63,442 bases of DNA, filler included, from Choristocarpus tenellus KU-1152 (GCA_964200185.2; 12 parts of 12 records of this genome joined end to end with filler, not necessarily neighbours in it), one strand, 5' to 3'; counted from the first letter of the whole stretch, positions 27,403 through 40,187 are shown. Program-made: numbers and translations. Notes: generated by a model from the sequence alone, not told the origin.

Positions 27403-27625
27403 AGATCATTGCTGTTTGTGGGTAAGGTGTTACATGGTATTTGGAGGCTTTGGTTGATGTTGGAGTTTTTAAATATATTCAAGAATTGACCAATTGAGCC
27501 AACTACTAAAAATATCCTACATTATAGACGTGTGCTCCTTCTCCTTCTGGTCTTCAATAGATAAGGAGCGGTGCGATCTTAAAGATTGAGCGCAAAAGAA
27601 GGTCTATACATCAAAACAAGGTTCG

Positions 27626-29060
27626 ATGGAAGGGGATAGGCAGCGAAGACGTCTCTGTGTTGCCACAAGGGTACACCAGAAGAACTCTAACAAACCAATT
27701 GACCTCGAAAAGGTGAGAAATGAGAAGAGGTGGTGGAGCAGTCGAGATAGAGAGAGGTAGATCTCAGTCACTGAGCAAGGTATTTTTCCATAGAATGCGC
27801 CCGCTTGTTTCACATGTGTCATTGCTAGAAACTACTTGCCAAGATTCGGTACAAGATGCATTTTGGCCCGGTCTTCGTGGGGTACCAAGACTTTGCTACA
27901 ACGAACCGTTTTGCGGTGATGGATGTTCCCCCTACTGTCTACCTCTCTGTGATGATTGTTCTTGTCTGAATCTCGTTCACTAACTTGGAGAAACCTTCTC
28001 TTGGGGCGGACTCTGACGTGAGTGTGACAGGCACCCTTGTCCACCCCAGGCACCATTGAACCTTCACGCACAACCTTCCCGACTAGACATGCTCTTCAGC
28101 GTCCTTATTGGCCCCCAACCCTGTGATTGGATTGTAAGGTTCGAGAATTCTTCGTGGGTGCTCTTTCATATGCAGACGTCGTGGCCATTGCAGTGGGTGG
28201 AATGGAGGGTGCCACATCTGAACATGCGCAACATGGTATCGAGCTTGCTCACGATGTGGCGCGGGTTGCCCGTGAAGTTGAGTCAGAAACCACTCTTCAA
28301 CATGCTGCAACGGTTGCATCGAAGGAGATAGATCAAGATGAAGGGGAAGTTCCATGCAGAAAACTTGCGATCAGGGTCATACCTGTGACACCCTGGGGCA
28401 ATTTCGTGCCAGCCCTTAATGCCTTACTATCGTTTGCGGCAAACAGCGGGGTAGATTTGATCCTGTTCCAGGTAAGGCATCCCTAATTTTTTAACTGCAT
28501 CAAAGAGAAGAAAAAATCAAAAAGAGTGTTGTTGCGTTTCAACTCTTGAGCGTAAATCGTGCTCTAAAGCATTGAAGTTCCCCGGATACTCAATCATACG
28601 CAAAATCCACAGCAGCAGTAAGAACCCCCCAAACATCCCCACCCCACTCACTTGATCTAGAACATTAAAGCAAATCGCTAGTCCAAACAACCCAAGAGGA
28701 CTTCCTTTCACCTCCCATACACCCCACACTACACCAAGCCTACCAACTCCCCGAACCCTAACACTCCCCTCTTTCCCACTGCCGTACTCGAAGCTTAAGT
28801 GCCTCCTTTCATTCCCCACCCCATCCCCCCATCCCCCCTCCCATTCCACCCCCATTGTGGGCAAGATAGTCCTTAGAGACCTCTGCTAGCCCCAAAACGA
28901 TCGCATCCATGACCAGGCACCTGGGACCCAGAGACCTGGTGGTGGGTGTGGCACTACAGGGTCACGCCTTTAGTGAGGGACAGGGGCGAGAGTTGACTGG
29001 GGTTACAACTCCCTGGAATACACTTGCAATGTGGGATGTGGGGAAGCTGGCAAGGATAGG
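27626..29060 (+). CDS. Conserved hypothetical protein (possible GT-A glycosyltransferase-like fold), first 3 exons
   Basis: Exons 27626-27712, 28139-28471 and 28870-29060 splice in frame: LCVATRVH...VIPVTPWGNFVPALNALL...ILFQSLE...LVVGVALQGHAF...LTGVTTPWNTLAMWDVGKLARIG. The fold assignment is inference. Confidence 0.75.
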
Positions 29061-30020
29061 GTGAGAAAGGAGAAGAGGGGGGGTCGGGTGAAAGATGCTG
29101 ATCATAAAGAGGAGGATGCTCTAGGGGTTGGGTGTGGACCAGGTGGATTTTGACGCAAGTGCGGAGTGAAAAGATATGATCATTGATGATGCTTGTGCTT
29201 TCCGGTCAAATTAAGTTGTTTTTTTTCATCTTTCAAGTTTTATGTTGTGGGGCTTGATCTGATGTAATGCCCACTGTCAATGCATGCCCTATATCCTGTG
29301 TGTGTGTGTGTGTCTGTATGTATGTATTCTCAGGAATGTGATAACGTTAAGCTTTCGAATTCAAATTTGAATTTGAATTTGAATTTGAGTTGTCACTTTT
29401 CAATCTGTACATGCAAGCTTGTATGTCCCTCTCGGAAGCGCGTGCGCTATGGTTAACCTTGAGTAACCGATACTTCAATTTCGATGGACATATTTTGTTG
29501 CAAGAGAAAGCAAGTCCTAGTCTCTGCAAACTGCCATCCTTGTACTCCCAATTCAGAGTAGCGGGTATCAAGATGTACCAGTGTTGGCCAATCACTGAGG
29601 TCAATTGGACGCTACAGTTGCGCAGCCTTGGGCAGTCAGTTTTCTTTACTGGAAGTGCTTAGTCGGCGGCCTGCCCACGTTTCTGGGAAATTTCTCACTT
29701 CCGGGTAGAAAGAAAATTTGAAGGCCGGGGAAGCGGTATAATAAAAGCTATACATATGCCACAAAAAAAAACTATAAAACAAATTCTAGTCATACCGTCG
29801 ACAGTTTCGTTCATTCTCAGTTGAGTGTGCACCTCCTGCATTACATGCAACTGCTGCCCTCTCTTGTATCTATTCTCATAGCCCCCCCCCCCCCCCCCAC
29901 CCCCTCCCCCCCCCCCCCCCNNNNNNNNNNNNNNNNNNNNNNNNNNNNNNNNNNNNNNNNNNNNTTAATTAATTAANNNNNNNNNNNNNNNNNNNNNNNN
30001 NNNNNNNNNNNNNNNNNNNN

Positions 30021-33000
30021 CCGTACTTCTCAAGGGTCATAAACGCGGCGTTGTCACGTGTGTGGTCACTGGTCGGCCGAAGCCAGTGAAGGTCCACTCC
30101 ACGCTCCCCGTCCTCGCCGACGTGCTCCACTAGGATCTTGCCGATCAAGAGCGGCGCCTCCGTTGCCACAAAAAAAGCAAACCTGCCTTCCTGCACTGAG
30201 ACGAGGTTCCCATGATTCGCCGATGTCAATGTAGCATTAGGCCAACTTCGTCGACGGGAGCCAGCTTCTTCCTTGTCACTGTCCCATGAGGAAGAGTGTG
30301 TTTCCTCGAGCCCACCGAGATCATTTTCACCGCTGACGAGATTATCTCCTTCACCTGAACGTTGAGCCTGGTCGGTGTCTTTGACATCGCTTGTATCAGT
30401 TCCAGCGCCATCGTCATCGGCAGAAAGCCAATGGACTGGGAGGTCGAAATCTCGTTCCCCTGTCTTTTTGAGAAGCTGCACAGACTCACTTTGCTCGTGT
30501 TTCGCTCTCTGAACGGGTTCATCATCTGCAAAGGTGGAATCCATGAGCACGAGAACATCAACGGTATGGAAGCATGAATGTTACTTTGTTACGAGGCGTG
30601 AGGTTTCATGAATGCGCTCTGGGAGCATGCAGCGAGAGGGAGGGGGTATATTTCATCGGATTCGTGTCTGTTGAGTACAAGACTGGTACCCCCAAAACAT
30701 TTATTGGGCGTAATTTATCGTACTTTTTATTGTAACATGCGACGATCACTACGCATGGGAATGGAATATTTTTCTAGATTGTTTTCGTAAAGGCTGTAAA
30801 GGCTGCCTCGTACAAAAGTTGCACCAGATTTTGCCACCGAATACCAAAATTAGCCATCAACTCCCCTCACGAAAAAATTGACTTTCCCAGTGGGTATGCA
30901 GCAGCGAGGCGCTTGTGCGACGCATGGTACCGCTGCTCCACCTTCAGGATGACGTCTTCGGGAACGCTCTTGAGCTGGTAGGGTGGTGCATTTTGGATAC
31001 GAGGCAGGTGGCCGATGAAGAGGTCGTGCGGAGGGGCGTTGGGGTCGATAGTAAGCTCTCCGCCTATCCCATTCCATTCGGTGCTGTGCATGTATTGCTT
31101 TACGCTAATATTAACCCGCCCATCACCGCCCTTTTCAACACAAAGAGCCCTGTAGCTCGAGATATTGGGGACACGGTTGACGTGACCGCGAAGGAGTCCC
31201 TTGAAGTTTCCCTCATTCCGTAGGGTCTTCCAGTATACTGGAACCTCCGTGTAAGAGGCCTGCAGCTCTTCACCCAGCTGTGTTCTTGTGAATATGTTCT
31301 TCCCTTTGATACCACGTGAGAACCTGAAGGTGAAATGCAAGCAAGTTAATTTTGAGGCGGAGGCGAAAGAAGCGAAGTGGAGAAGCAAGATATATATATG
31401 CAGGCACATGCTACGATGCATGTATATGGAAGTACAGATATAAAAAGGGTTCATGCGTACATTTTTTTATTGTTTTGTTTCGAGAGTAGGTAACGAAACA
31501 GTTTTGGCAGCTGCTCTTATCGTTCAATTTTGTTGTGGGGAAATCAAAAGCCAATCAATCAATTACAGTGTATGACCATAAACCTTCCATGGATGCAACA
31601 AGTGCAAGCCTCAAGGCAGCATCTGTCCGTATCAAAACACTATGTGGCTATCGCACTTGCATATCTTGCCTAATTACCTGGAGAAGATCTGATCGATATG
31701 TATGTGCGTGTGCCCCACCATCATAAAATGTATCTCCAACACACGAATGACACTCGCCGCGACCAACAGCCCTGCATATCCGATAAATATTTTTTTTCTT
31801 GTTCTCTGAGACGCAGTTGTCGACTTGGCCAGTTTGGGGAGTTGAGAGCGAGGGAGGGATAGGCGTGAGGTCGATATGTCAGCCCATTTCGCCACGTTTC
31901 GTGGAGGAACAGGGTATGCTTCCAGTACTGTTGGAGCACGTGCTCTACATCACCGCCATCATACATGCAGGTTGCAATACACAAACCAAAACTAAAGACC
32001 ATGCAGTTAGTTACTTGGTGACCGGTATTCAGCGAGTATGTGTTGAGTAGGTCATGTCGAGATGAAACTTTCTTACCTGCCAATGCGCGTGCTGGATGAT
32101 GCAACTCCCAGCGTGGTCGAGGCTGTTGTGGTACTTGTTGATAAGCTTTGTGAGGGAAAGTTGGGAGGCTGTGCAGACAAGGTTACAACCTGCGCGAGCA
32201 ATGATGTCCGTCGTTAGTTGCCAAATAATAGTACTCTGCTTACTTACGCATTGTTTATTTGGAGCTAAAAAGAGGGGTAATGGAATTTGTTTGTGCAAAG
32301 TAGAGCACATACACCCGAATGGCTGATATAAATGTCTGTGGGTTTCCTCCTCGTTGATTAGCTCTTACGCTCATCTCGCCCTAACCCTAAGCTGAGGCGT
32401 AGGAGGGCAGGAGAGCACAGCGCATCATCAGTTAAGGGACTGTTCACTAGGCCTGCGGTATCTGTAGGCATATCGTGTAAGGATGTACTCGTCCTCCTGT
32501 ACCTAACCTACGGCAGGTCCACTCGCCACGACGGTAAATCAAGTGGTGCGTGCGCTGAAGCATCTATTCAGTCAAGTGATTGTTTGCCACGACCCACAAC
32601 ACGTACCTCCACCAAGATTGATAGGAGTGAAGAACCTCCGCGAACTGGCCTTCGACATGTGCGGCCATGATCTTCTGGTGCTCGGAGTAGCTCCTGATAA
32701 GAAGGATATGAACGAAAGAAAAGTGTAAAGAAAGGTTCGACAGTGCGTCGTCATCATGACGAACGGAATAGGTAGTGGAATTATGTGTTTGTTTTGGCGA
32801 TTATTTCTTGGGACTTTGCACTCATTCGTAGAATAAAACAGGGTCGTCTATTCTGTTCCGCGTGTGGCTGCAAAGTTGTTGTCGGATGGAATATGTGTGG
32901 GAGGGCGTGTGCTGTCTGGTTCGCGGCGTCTATGGACATGAACACGAAGCCGAGAGGTTTGCCGTCGGCTTTGGCCCGCATGGCGCTGCTGTTGCTGTTG

Positions 33001-33229
33001 GCGATGACCAGCCGATCTGCTTGGATAATCTGGCGAATGGGGGAGAGCAACATCACGTCTGTAAATAAAATAAATCTGCTCAGAGTTGTAAAAAAATGGC
33101 CACTTGTTAACACGTATCAGGTTAGTAATAAAAATGGAGTGTAGGTACCAATAAATAATTGTCTTTGGATATGTTTTTTATTGCTGCGTTCAAGACAAAC
33201 ACCAAGTTATCGGGATGATAGGAAGTACG
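30021..33229 (-). mobile_element. Intron-containing Sola1-like (DUF7869-type) transposase pseudogene, copy 2
   Basis: Collinear reverse-complement paralogue of about 9694-12858, including introns. It keeps catalytic VDNC, the CAG where copy 1 has TAG, and the AG acceptor, but has its own deletions and frameshifts (lost donor after MSIDAANQ, broken ENKN region). Confidence 0.8.
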
Positions 33230-33888
33230 TACGTACGGGGCCGGAAGACCGCTACATGACCTGTCCCTCCCACAGCTCGTTGTACACGACTAGGAAGCAG
33301 TCTATCATACAAGGTGTTGGGGGAGCTAATAACGTATGTATATATATCCTCCACCATCGCATAGTAGGGTGATTTAAGCTCCTCCACCTTTCGTTCCCNN
33401 NNNNNNNNNNNNNNNNNNNNNNNNNNNNNNNNNNNNNNNNNNTTAATTAATTAANNNNNNNNNNNNNNNNNNNNNNNNNNNNNNNNNNNNNNNNNNNNCC
33501 CCCCCCAGATACTTTGAGTCATCTTGTAACCTCTATGCAGTACACCCTATCTTCACCTCATTCGAGTGCAATAGAAGCCAGAGAGAGAGAGGAAGCAAAG
33601 ATGTCACCATAGAAGGGAGAGTGATAACAATAATCACAATAATCACAATAATCACCTTGTTGTAGCAGGGAACCTTCACGTAATATACAGGGAGAAATAG
33701 TTTTGGCGATTTCTGGGGATCCAATTATTGCAGCCTCTCGACTCAAATGACCCGTCACCAAAATTTCGCCTCAGGACCCAAATTTGCACTTTTTTTTTGT
33801 AGCAGTAGCCCTGTCCAATTGATTGTACCTGAAACGAGTGAAGTGTCACCCTAGTCACCTGTGCTCCCTCATCACTACGCCTGAGCAG

Positions 33889-36800
33889 ATTCGAGCTTTG
33901 AGAGAAGCAAACGCATCCCAGATTGAAGATCTGGAGAGGAACAAGCTGATTGCTGATAGATCACGGCAGCAAGAGGGACTTTCGCTGGTAAGAGAGCTTT
34001 AGGTGATGTGATGTAACCCTGACAATAGACTGGAGCAGGAGTAGGGTTACGGTTGAGGAAGTGACGTGGGAGTGAAGCGCAGTCGTCTTGCGCTCTCCTG
34101 GGAATAAAAGGGTGTGTTAAAACTTGGAAAATTGTGTGGAACTGTGTGACACCTTAGTCAATTTTCATCAACTCAGGCTGAGCAAAACTGTACAACTCCT
34201 ACACAAAGCCAAAAATGTGACCCCTGCAATTTGTGGCGGCATGGTGTCAACCCACCCTGATAACATACACATTGCGTATTTTCCTCCAACTCCACCAACA
34301 GTTGTTTGTTGTCCTCAGTCCCTAACATCCAAATCCCAACTCCAAATTCTAACTCAAATTTTTTGTTTGTTTGTCATAGATTAAAAAGCAAACCATGTGC
34401 TACCTGGCAAGATCACTTGGGAGAGCAATGAGGCTGGCACAAAGGACTCGTGTAGAGATGAATCACAAACATGTCAGTGCCATGGTCTATAGCTCACATC
34501 CAACCTTTGTCCTGAGTCAAAGTACCTTAGAGGGTAGAGCCACGTCCATTTGGGGACCAAATCCAATGTTGCAATTTTGATGTAATTTTGACTATCGAGC
34601 TTGTTAGGAAGTTTCAATATCCTTGTTCTGGACACGCCTTTACACAACTTACACATTTTACCTACTCCAATACATTTCAGAGTAGGTAAAATGTCAGAAG
34701 AAACCCGTGGGAATCCAAGCCACAAACGGAAAACAGGGCAAAACTCGTACCCTCTATATGATACTTTCACTCCCTAGTTGGTGCTTTGTTCAGGATCATC
34801 TAGCTGTATTAGCTAATATTTCTGGGGTGATGTGCTAGTTTCCACTTAACTGATGGTATTCCTCTTGTACCCAGCTCAAATCGAACAGCTACTTTCTGCA
34901 TTCATGTTGGGTACTTACATGTTCAATATGCTGAGCGACACATGCTTGGATTAGCGCTGATCAGTACAGTTGAGTAGTACCATTTCTGTTTCTGCTGTAA
35001 TCTGAGGGATACAGTTGGACCTTCAATATTGTGAGATTCAGGTATCGAATGGACAGATGAATGGAGCAACACCAGATAACTACTGTACAGTGCACTTTTC
35101 TTTATTTTCAATTTCATGTCACTTTCCACTTTGTGGACAAAGTATGCCAGTATATTCTGACTTTTGGACATTCTTGTGCCATCAGCCCGAGGTTATCACA
35201 CGTGGTTGGGATGATATAGTACCCTCAATGCTGGACACGTATGTGTGCAGATTCAGTACTCACTCTGAACAACAAAAACATAAAAATAAGAAGAGAATTT
35301 GCTTAAAACAACTGCAACGACCAACCTGAATGTGCTAAGTTACACAATATCTGACCATCGCCTTGTAACACTTTGAATACTTGGCTGCAACTATTTTCTT
35401 CTCTTTCCTAACCCAAATCAAATAGTGGACACTTGTGGATCGTGCAAAGAGCCAAAGTATCTTAGAGAGTAGAGCCGTGTCCATTTGGGGGTCAAAATTC
35501 AATGTAGCAATTTTGATGTAATTTTTTGGAAGCCAAGCCCCAAATGGACAAACAGAGCAAAACTCGTACCCTCTGAGATATACTTTCACTCAAAACTGCG
35601 ATGACTCTGAATATATCTCGAGAAGGTGGGCAGTACGTGATTGCAGAATGTTCCTTCAATGCTTTTTAATTCCCATGAAGTTGCTGGGTACTAAATTTCC
35701 CCTAAAATATCGGTATCAATGGTGTTCTGACTGTCCGACAATGACTTCCAGTCCCGATCATGTTCCTCATCCTATTGATATTGGGCCTCAGTCATAGCAG
35801 GTCTCACTACCCCAGACAAACCCCAAAACAGTTACGAAACTCTGTGGGGTGGTCTTGTAGCGGGCTGGGAAGTGCCTACAAATTGCTATCGCTGCCTGTG
35901 TTTTATGGGGGGAGGGTCACTACCCAGAAAACTTTGTAACATTTTGTGGGGTACATGACCGACATTTGTTTCAGGAGACTGATTTTCTCCTGTCCAATGT
36001 TTACCATATTTTCAAACTATGTAAGAAACATGGGGAATAGATATTTTATGTTGAGCACGGTCAGTGGGTCCTACTCAACTGGCATTGTCCACCTTAAATT
36101 TCGGAAGGAACCTTAGTAGCAGTGGAGATGTACCTGATGGGTGCAACAAAACCATGCCTGACCTCCACTCTCAATGAGAGCGCCATCAAGGTCTGAACAT
36201 GGGTTCAACTCCAACCACGTGCACCAAATGAGTTTAATGAATTTGGGTGATAGAGTTAGGCCTATGGTTAGGCTAGGGCTAAGCGGACATGATATTTTAG
36301 CAAGGTGCATTGTAAAGTGAAAGGGCAGGGTCTATTGGGTTGTAGTAAGACAGGATGGTGAAGGTGAGAAGAGGGTTTCTCAGGGTGAAGGGCAATTGTC
36401 ACCACAAGGGAACCTTAAATTCTATAAATTAAACACGATGAGTGAGAACATATATCGGCTAACCAGCCATACTGGTCGAAACAGTTGGCGCAGACGATAA
36501 GCTCCAGAAACTAAACCAAACTGGGCCAACATGGCTCCTCCGACACTTCAGTTGTGTGATGACTGAGCAGAGGTATTGGGCTCTGAACGTGTTTTGGGGG
36601 GGGACTCCTGTGGTACACACATATCCCATTTGGTGAGGTTGTCAAAAAGTCAAAATTCCAATAAGGAGACTTTGACAAGCAAGGCACTGGAGGGTAACTT
36701 ATGAGGCTGTGCATCGTATTAGAGCAATTTTCCAAAGTGTCAGAGAGATATGGACAACCTACACTTAATACAACAGACAACTGAGCACTGCAAGTTAAAA

Positions 36801-38273
36801 ATCACTGACAATACTGACTCCAAATATTTCAGATTTGGGACTTTCAATTATCCTCAACCTACAGCCTAAGACTGACTGTAACGAAATACCTGAGCTCAAA
36901 TATATCATGTTCGGTTCTCAGCCATACCCAAATTCTGAGCTCTTCCCCTCACTGCTACAGGCCATGACTCTGGTCTTACAACGAGTGTGGCGGGGAAGGT
37001 TAGGACGACATATAGCGCAAGAAGTCCGAAGTGATTGGGTAGAGAAATTGAGGAGCGTCGCTATACTTCAGACAGCGTGAGTGCTGGTGTCTTAGCTAAA
37101 CCTCACGCCCTCATGTTCCTCATCGCTCTTCTGAACTCAGTCAGGCCCATACTATCCTAGAGGGTAGGGCAGGTGTCCATTCAGGACCAGCGTGACCCTG
37201 TCGTGATTTTCATGTGATTTGAGTAAGGATGTCAGATGTAAGGGCAATTTCCATCATCTGGACGCTCCTTCCTCTTCCATCCCCTTGCTTGGACCAATCC
37301 AAAGGAAATTCAACCACAAAATGGGCATCAAACTGAAATGTTTAATAGCACCCCATCAGACCCCAAATGGACGAACTGGCCTAACCCCCCTCCCTTCTAG
37401 GGTGCTATGGGTTTCAATATCCTCTCCAGATGCTACAACACTCACAAGCTACTCCTAGTCTCACTCTTATTCTTTCTCAAAGTTGGCCGGTGTCTCCACC
37501 TATCCTCTAGGTTTCGGGCATTTCAAGCACGAAAAGTATTACAACAGAAGACCCAACAGAGAGACGAGAAAAAAATGGCAGTTACCAAGATGCAATCCAT
37601 TATACGAATGTTCCTTGGCAGGTAAGAATAATCTTTGTCTCCATTGGCATATGTTCCCTGTCTCTTCCCAACTCCCGCCTTGAGTTACTAACGGAGAGCT
37701 GAACAGACTGAAACTCTATTCATTCTCGGGTAAATGGCCATGGAAGTTCTGTATTTGACTCTATGGTGCATTCTAGCAAGGTACTTTGATTTCTTACCTT
37801 CCCCAGTGTTCAGAACATTGATTTGAACCCAACAAGATAGATCCAGTAGTGCCGTTCCGTAAGTTGAAGCCCATGCGGAAATATGATAAAATTTAGAAGC
37901 ATGTCACATACACATAAAACGCAGATGAGGATGAAGGGGGTTGTAGGGCAAAACCAAATTACTCATAAGCGGTATCACTGTATAGAACCACACAAACCAA
38001 GATATCTTAATTCCCCCAGTCTCAGCATGACGATTGCAGCTGACTCTTGGCTATACTCTCTTCTACCCACCTGATCTCCTCTACCCATGTCAAAGCTCCC
38101 TTTTGTAGTCTTGATGGTATCAAATTATCCTCCACCCCCTTCTCCACCACCTCAGAAAAACTGCCATGAAAAAGAGGGAAAAACTCACATGGGTTGCAGT
38201 CACTCTGCAACCAATTATACGCAGGGTGCTAGCACGTAGGCTTGCTGGGAGGGAGAGAGCACAGGTCGAACAG
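33889..38273 (+). CDS. IQ calmodulin-binding-motif protein, internal exons
   Basis: Phase-compatible GT-AG exons 33889-33987, 34380-34472, 36961-37076, 37511-37621 and 38225-38273. IQ-like motifs LQRVWRGRLGR, LQTAFRAFQAR and MQSIIRMFLGR. Confidence 0.8.
34514..34772 (+). mobile_element. MITE family 1, full length
   Basis: GAGTCAAAGTACCTTAGAGGGTA ... TACCCTCTATATGATACTTTCACTC; CCT/CCT flanks; intronic. Confidence 0.9.
35449..35591 (+). mobile_element. MITE family 1, internally deleted (143 bp)
   Basis: Both TIRs present; AAA/AAA flanks. Confidence 0.85.
37138..37410 (+). mobile_element. Old diverged MITE related to family 1
   Basis: CTAGAGGGTAGGGC...GTGTCCATT at left, CCCCAAATGGAC...CCCTTCTAG at right; the interior is diverged. 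Confidence 0.45.
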
Positions 38274-38840
38274 GTGAGAGAATGAGCTCCTCTGGTGTAG
38301 GGTAAAATTCACCCAACTGCAAGTTCAGGGTATAGAAGGCATCATAGGGGAGGAGAAGGATTTGGCAAAGACGATGGGGGTGGAAAGCTGTATTGGTATT
38401 GATAGGGTCAGGTCATTTCATGTTTGGATGTCTTCCCAACGTCCAATTTCCCCAACCTATTCTGTCTACCCATCGTTCCACTCCCTTAAAGGCGTGGAAT
38501 TGGCTTGGCATCACCTCAAGTGCTGGGGCCAAGTATGCGAGGTTCTTGCCAAAGACATATTACAAGATTTCTTCTTCCATGTCTTCCAATACAAATGTCT
38601 CCATCTCTGGCCTGCGAGGAGATACCTCCTGCTCTCCAGGTGTTAACAAGAGTGGATCTGGGCTATCTAGGGGAAAAGATCTTTGCAGTGAGGTATGGAG
38701 AGTTGCTTGTGGTCCTCCTCTTACCCTACTACCTTTTGCGAAATGCCTTGTTCCACCTTCCAACAAAGCTTCATATATATGTAAGTGCATTGCTATGAGT
38801 TCTGTTCCTATAGGAATACATCATCCTAGTTGGAGATTTA

Positions 38841-39021
38841 GACCCAAAGTATCTGGGAGGGGGGGGGGGGGTCTACACCAGGGTGTCCATTTGAACCAAA
38901 ACCAGGAAAAGTGCATTTACAGTATCTATCCGACGTATGCAACCAAATCACCCAAAAATCACGACATACAAAAATTGACCCCAAATGGACAACCGCCACC
39001 CCCTCTCAGATACTTTGAGCC
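38841..39021 (+). mobile_element. MITE family 2 (about 180 bp, poly-G subterminal tracts), full length
   Basis: GACCCAAAGTATCTGGGAGGGGG ... CCCCCTCTCAGATACTTTGAGCC with TTTA/TTTA TSD. Other copies or ends at 66-92, 5120-5143, 33499-33520, 45633-45808 and 55794-55944. Confidence 0.88.
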
Positions 39022-40187
39022 TTTATGGTATTATTATTACAATAATCAATGTTGTAATAATGAATATAATGTTTGGATGACAGTACATAAGAGTTTCTGT
39101 TCTGGACTGAATGTGTGTTGATTACATGGGTTAAATATATGAGAAGGTGACTGTGGGTTGAGTTTCCTGAAAAAGTTGGGTTGTTAGCTGAAGTTCTTGC
39201 CACAGTCCCTTGCTTTTCTGTTTGGCTAGGCCTGGCAAATTAGTGTGGACTGGGGAGTGTATTTTTTTCTCAGTACCCTTCGCATTGTTGTTTCTCCAGC
39301 CTTTCTGAATGCCTTTGGTTTGTCAAATAGATGGGTGTTCGTTTGAAGAAACATGCAAGCCAGTACATATACACGTCCTATAATCCTATTTACTGGACCA
39401 AGCCATCTTTTTGAAATTGATCTCCTATTGTCCTTTATCGTTTCAACCCCTATCCCCCATTTCGGCACTTTCCTGTTCACTCCACCATCCTGGCTTCACC
39501 TGTTCGCACATGGGTACATGTCAATCAGATATCTCAGTCCTCAGCTTTGACTGGGTTGAGAACCTTGGAGGGAGAGCAGTATTTCATTGATTCAATTGAT
39601 AAGGGAAAGGCTGGTATATGCACCAAAGTTAACTTCAAGATTGGACTTGAGAGGTGAGTCAATATGGGCCTGTTGGGTTAGAGGGGGGGATCATTTGATG
39701 GAAAATGATTCATGATGTGCACCACAGTTTGTGAGGAAGATAAGGTTGTGGTTAGTTTGGTTTACAGGACTTATTTGACAGAGCGGATTGCTCTCATTAT
39801 GATAGTTTTGGTGCGATTCATTGAAATCCCCGACATCCAAATTATCTCCAAAGCCATACATGACTATTCATGATTTTTATGACCAATTTCGAATTCTATT
39901 GTATGCTTATCACTGTTCAATCAAGTAGTGGGATGAGCCGCCATGAGCATATAAAAGCCGATTTCAAAAATTGAGGATGGTACTTTTCATTGAGGATGGG
40001 CTTGACCCAAAATTGACTGGGATNNNNNNNNNNNNNNNNNNNNNNNNNNNNNNNNNNNNNNNNNNNNTTAATTAATTAANNNNNNNNNNNNNNNNNNNNN
40101 NNNNNNNNNNNNNNNNNNNNNNNAGTACAAGCTGGTAGATGTGTATCATATCAACAAGAAACAAATGAGTAGCCTATGTTTTAACAG

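Noticed and set aside
38393-39121. 242-aa ORF
   Set aside because: Runs through a family-2 MITE in presumed intronic sequence; no recognisable motifs.
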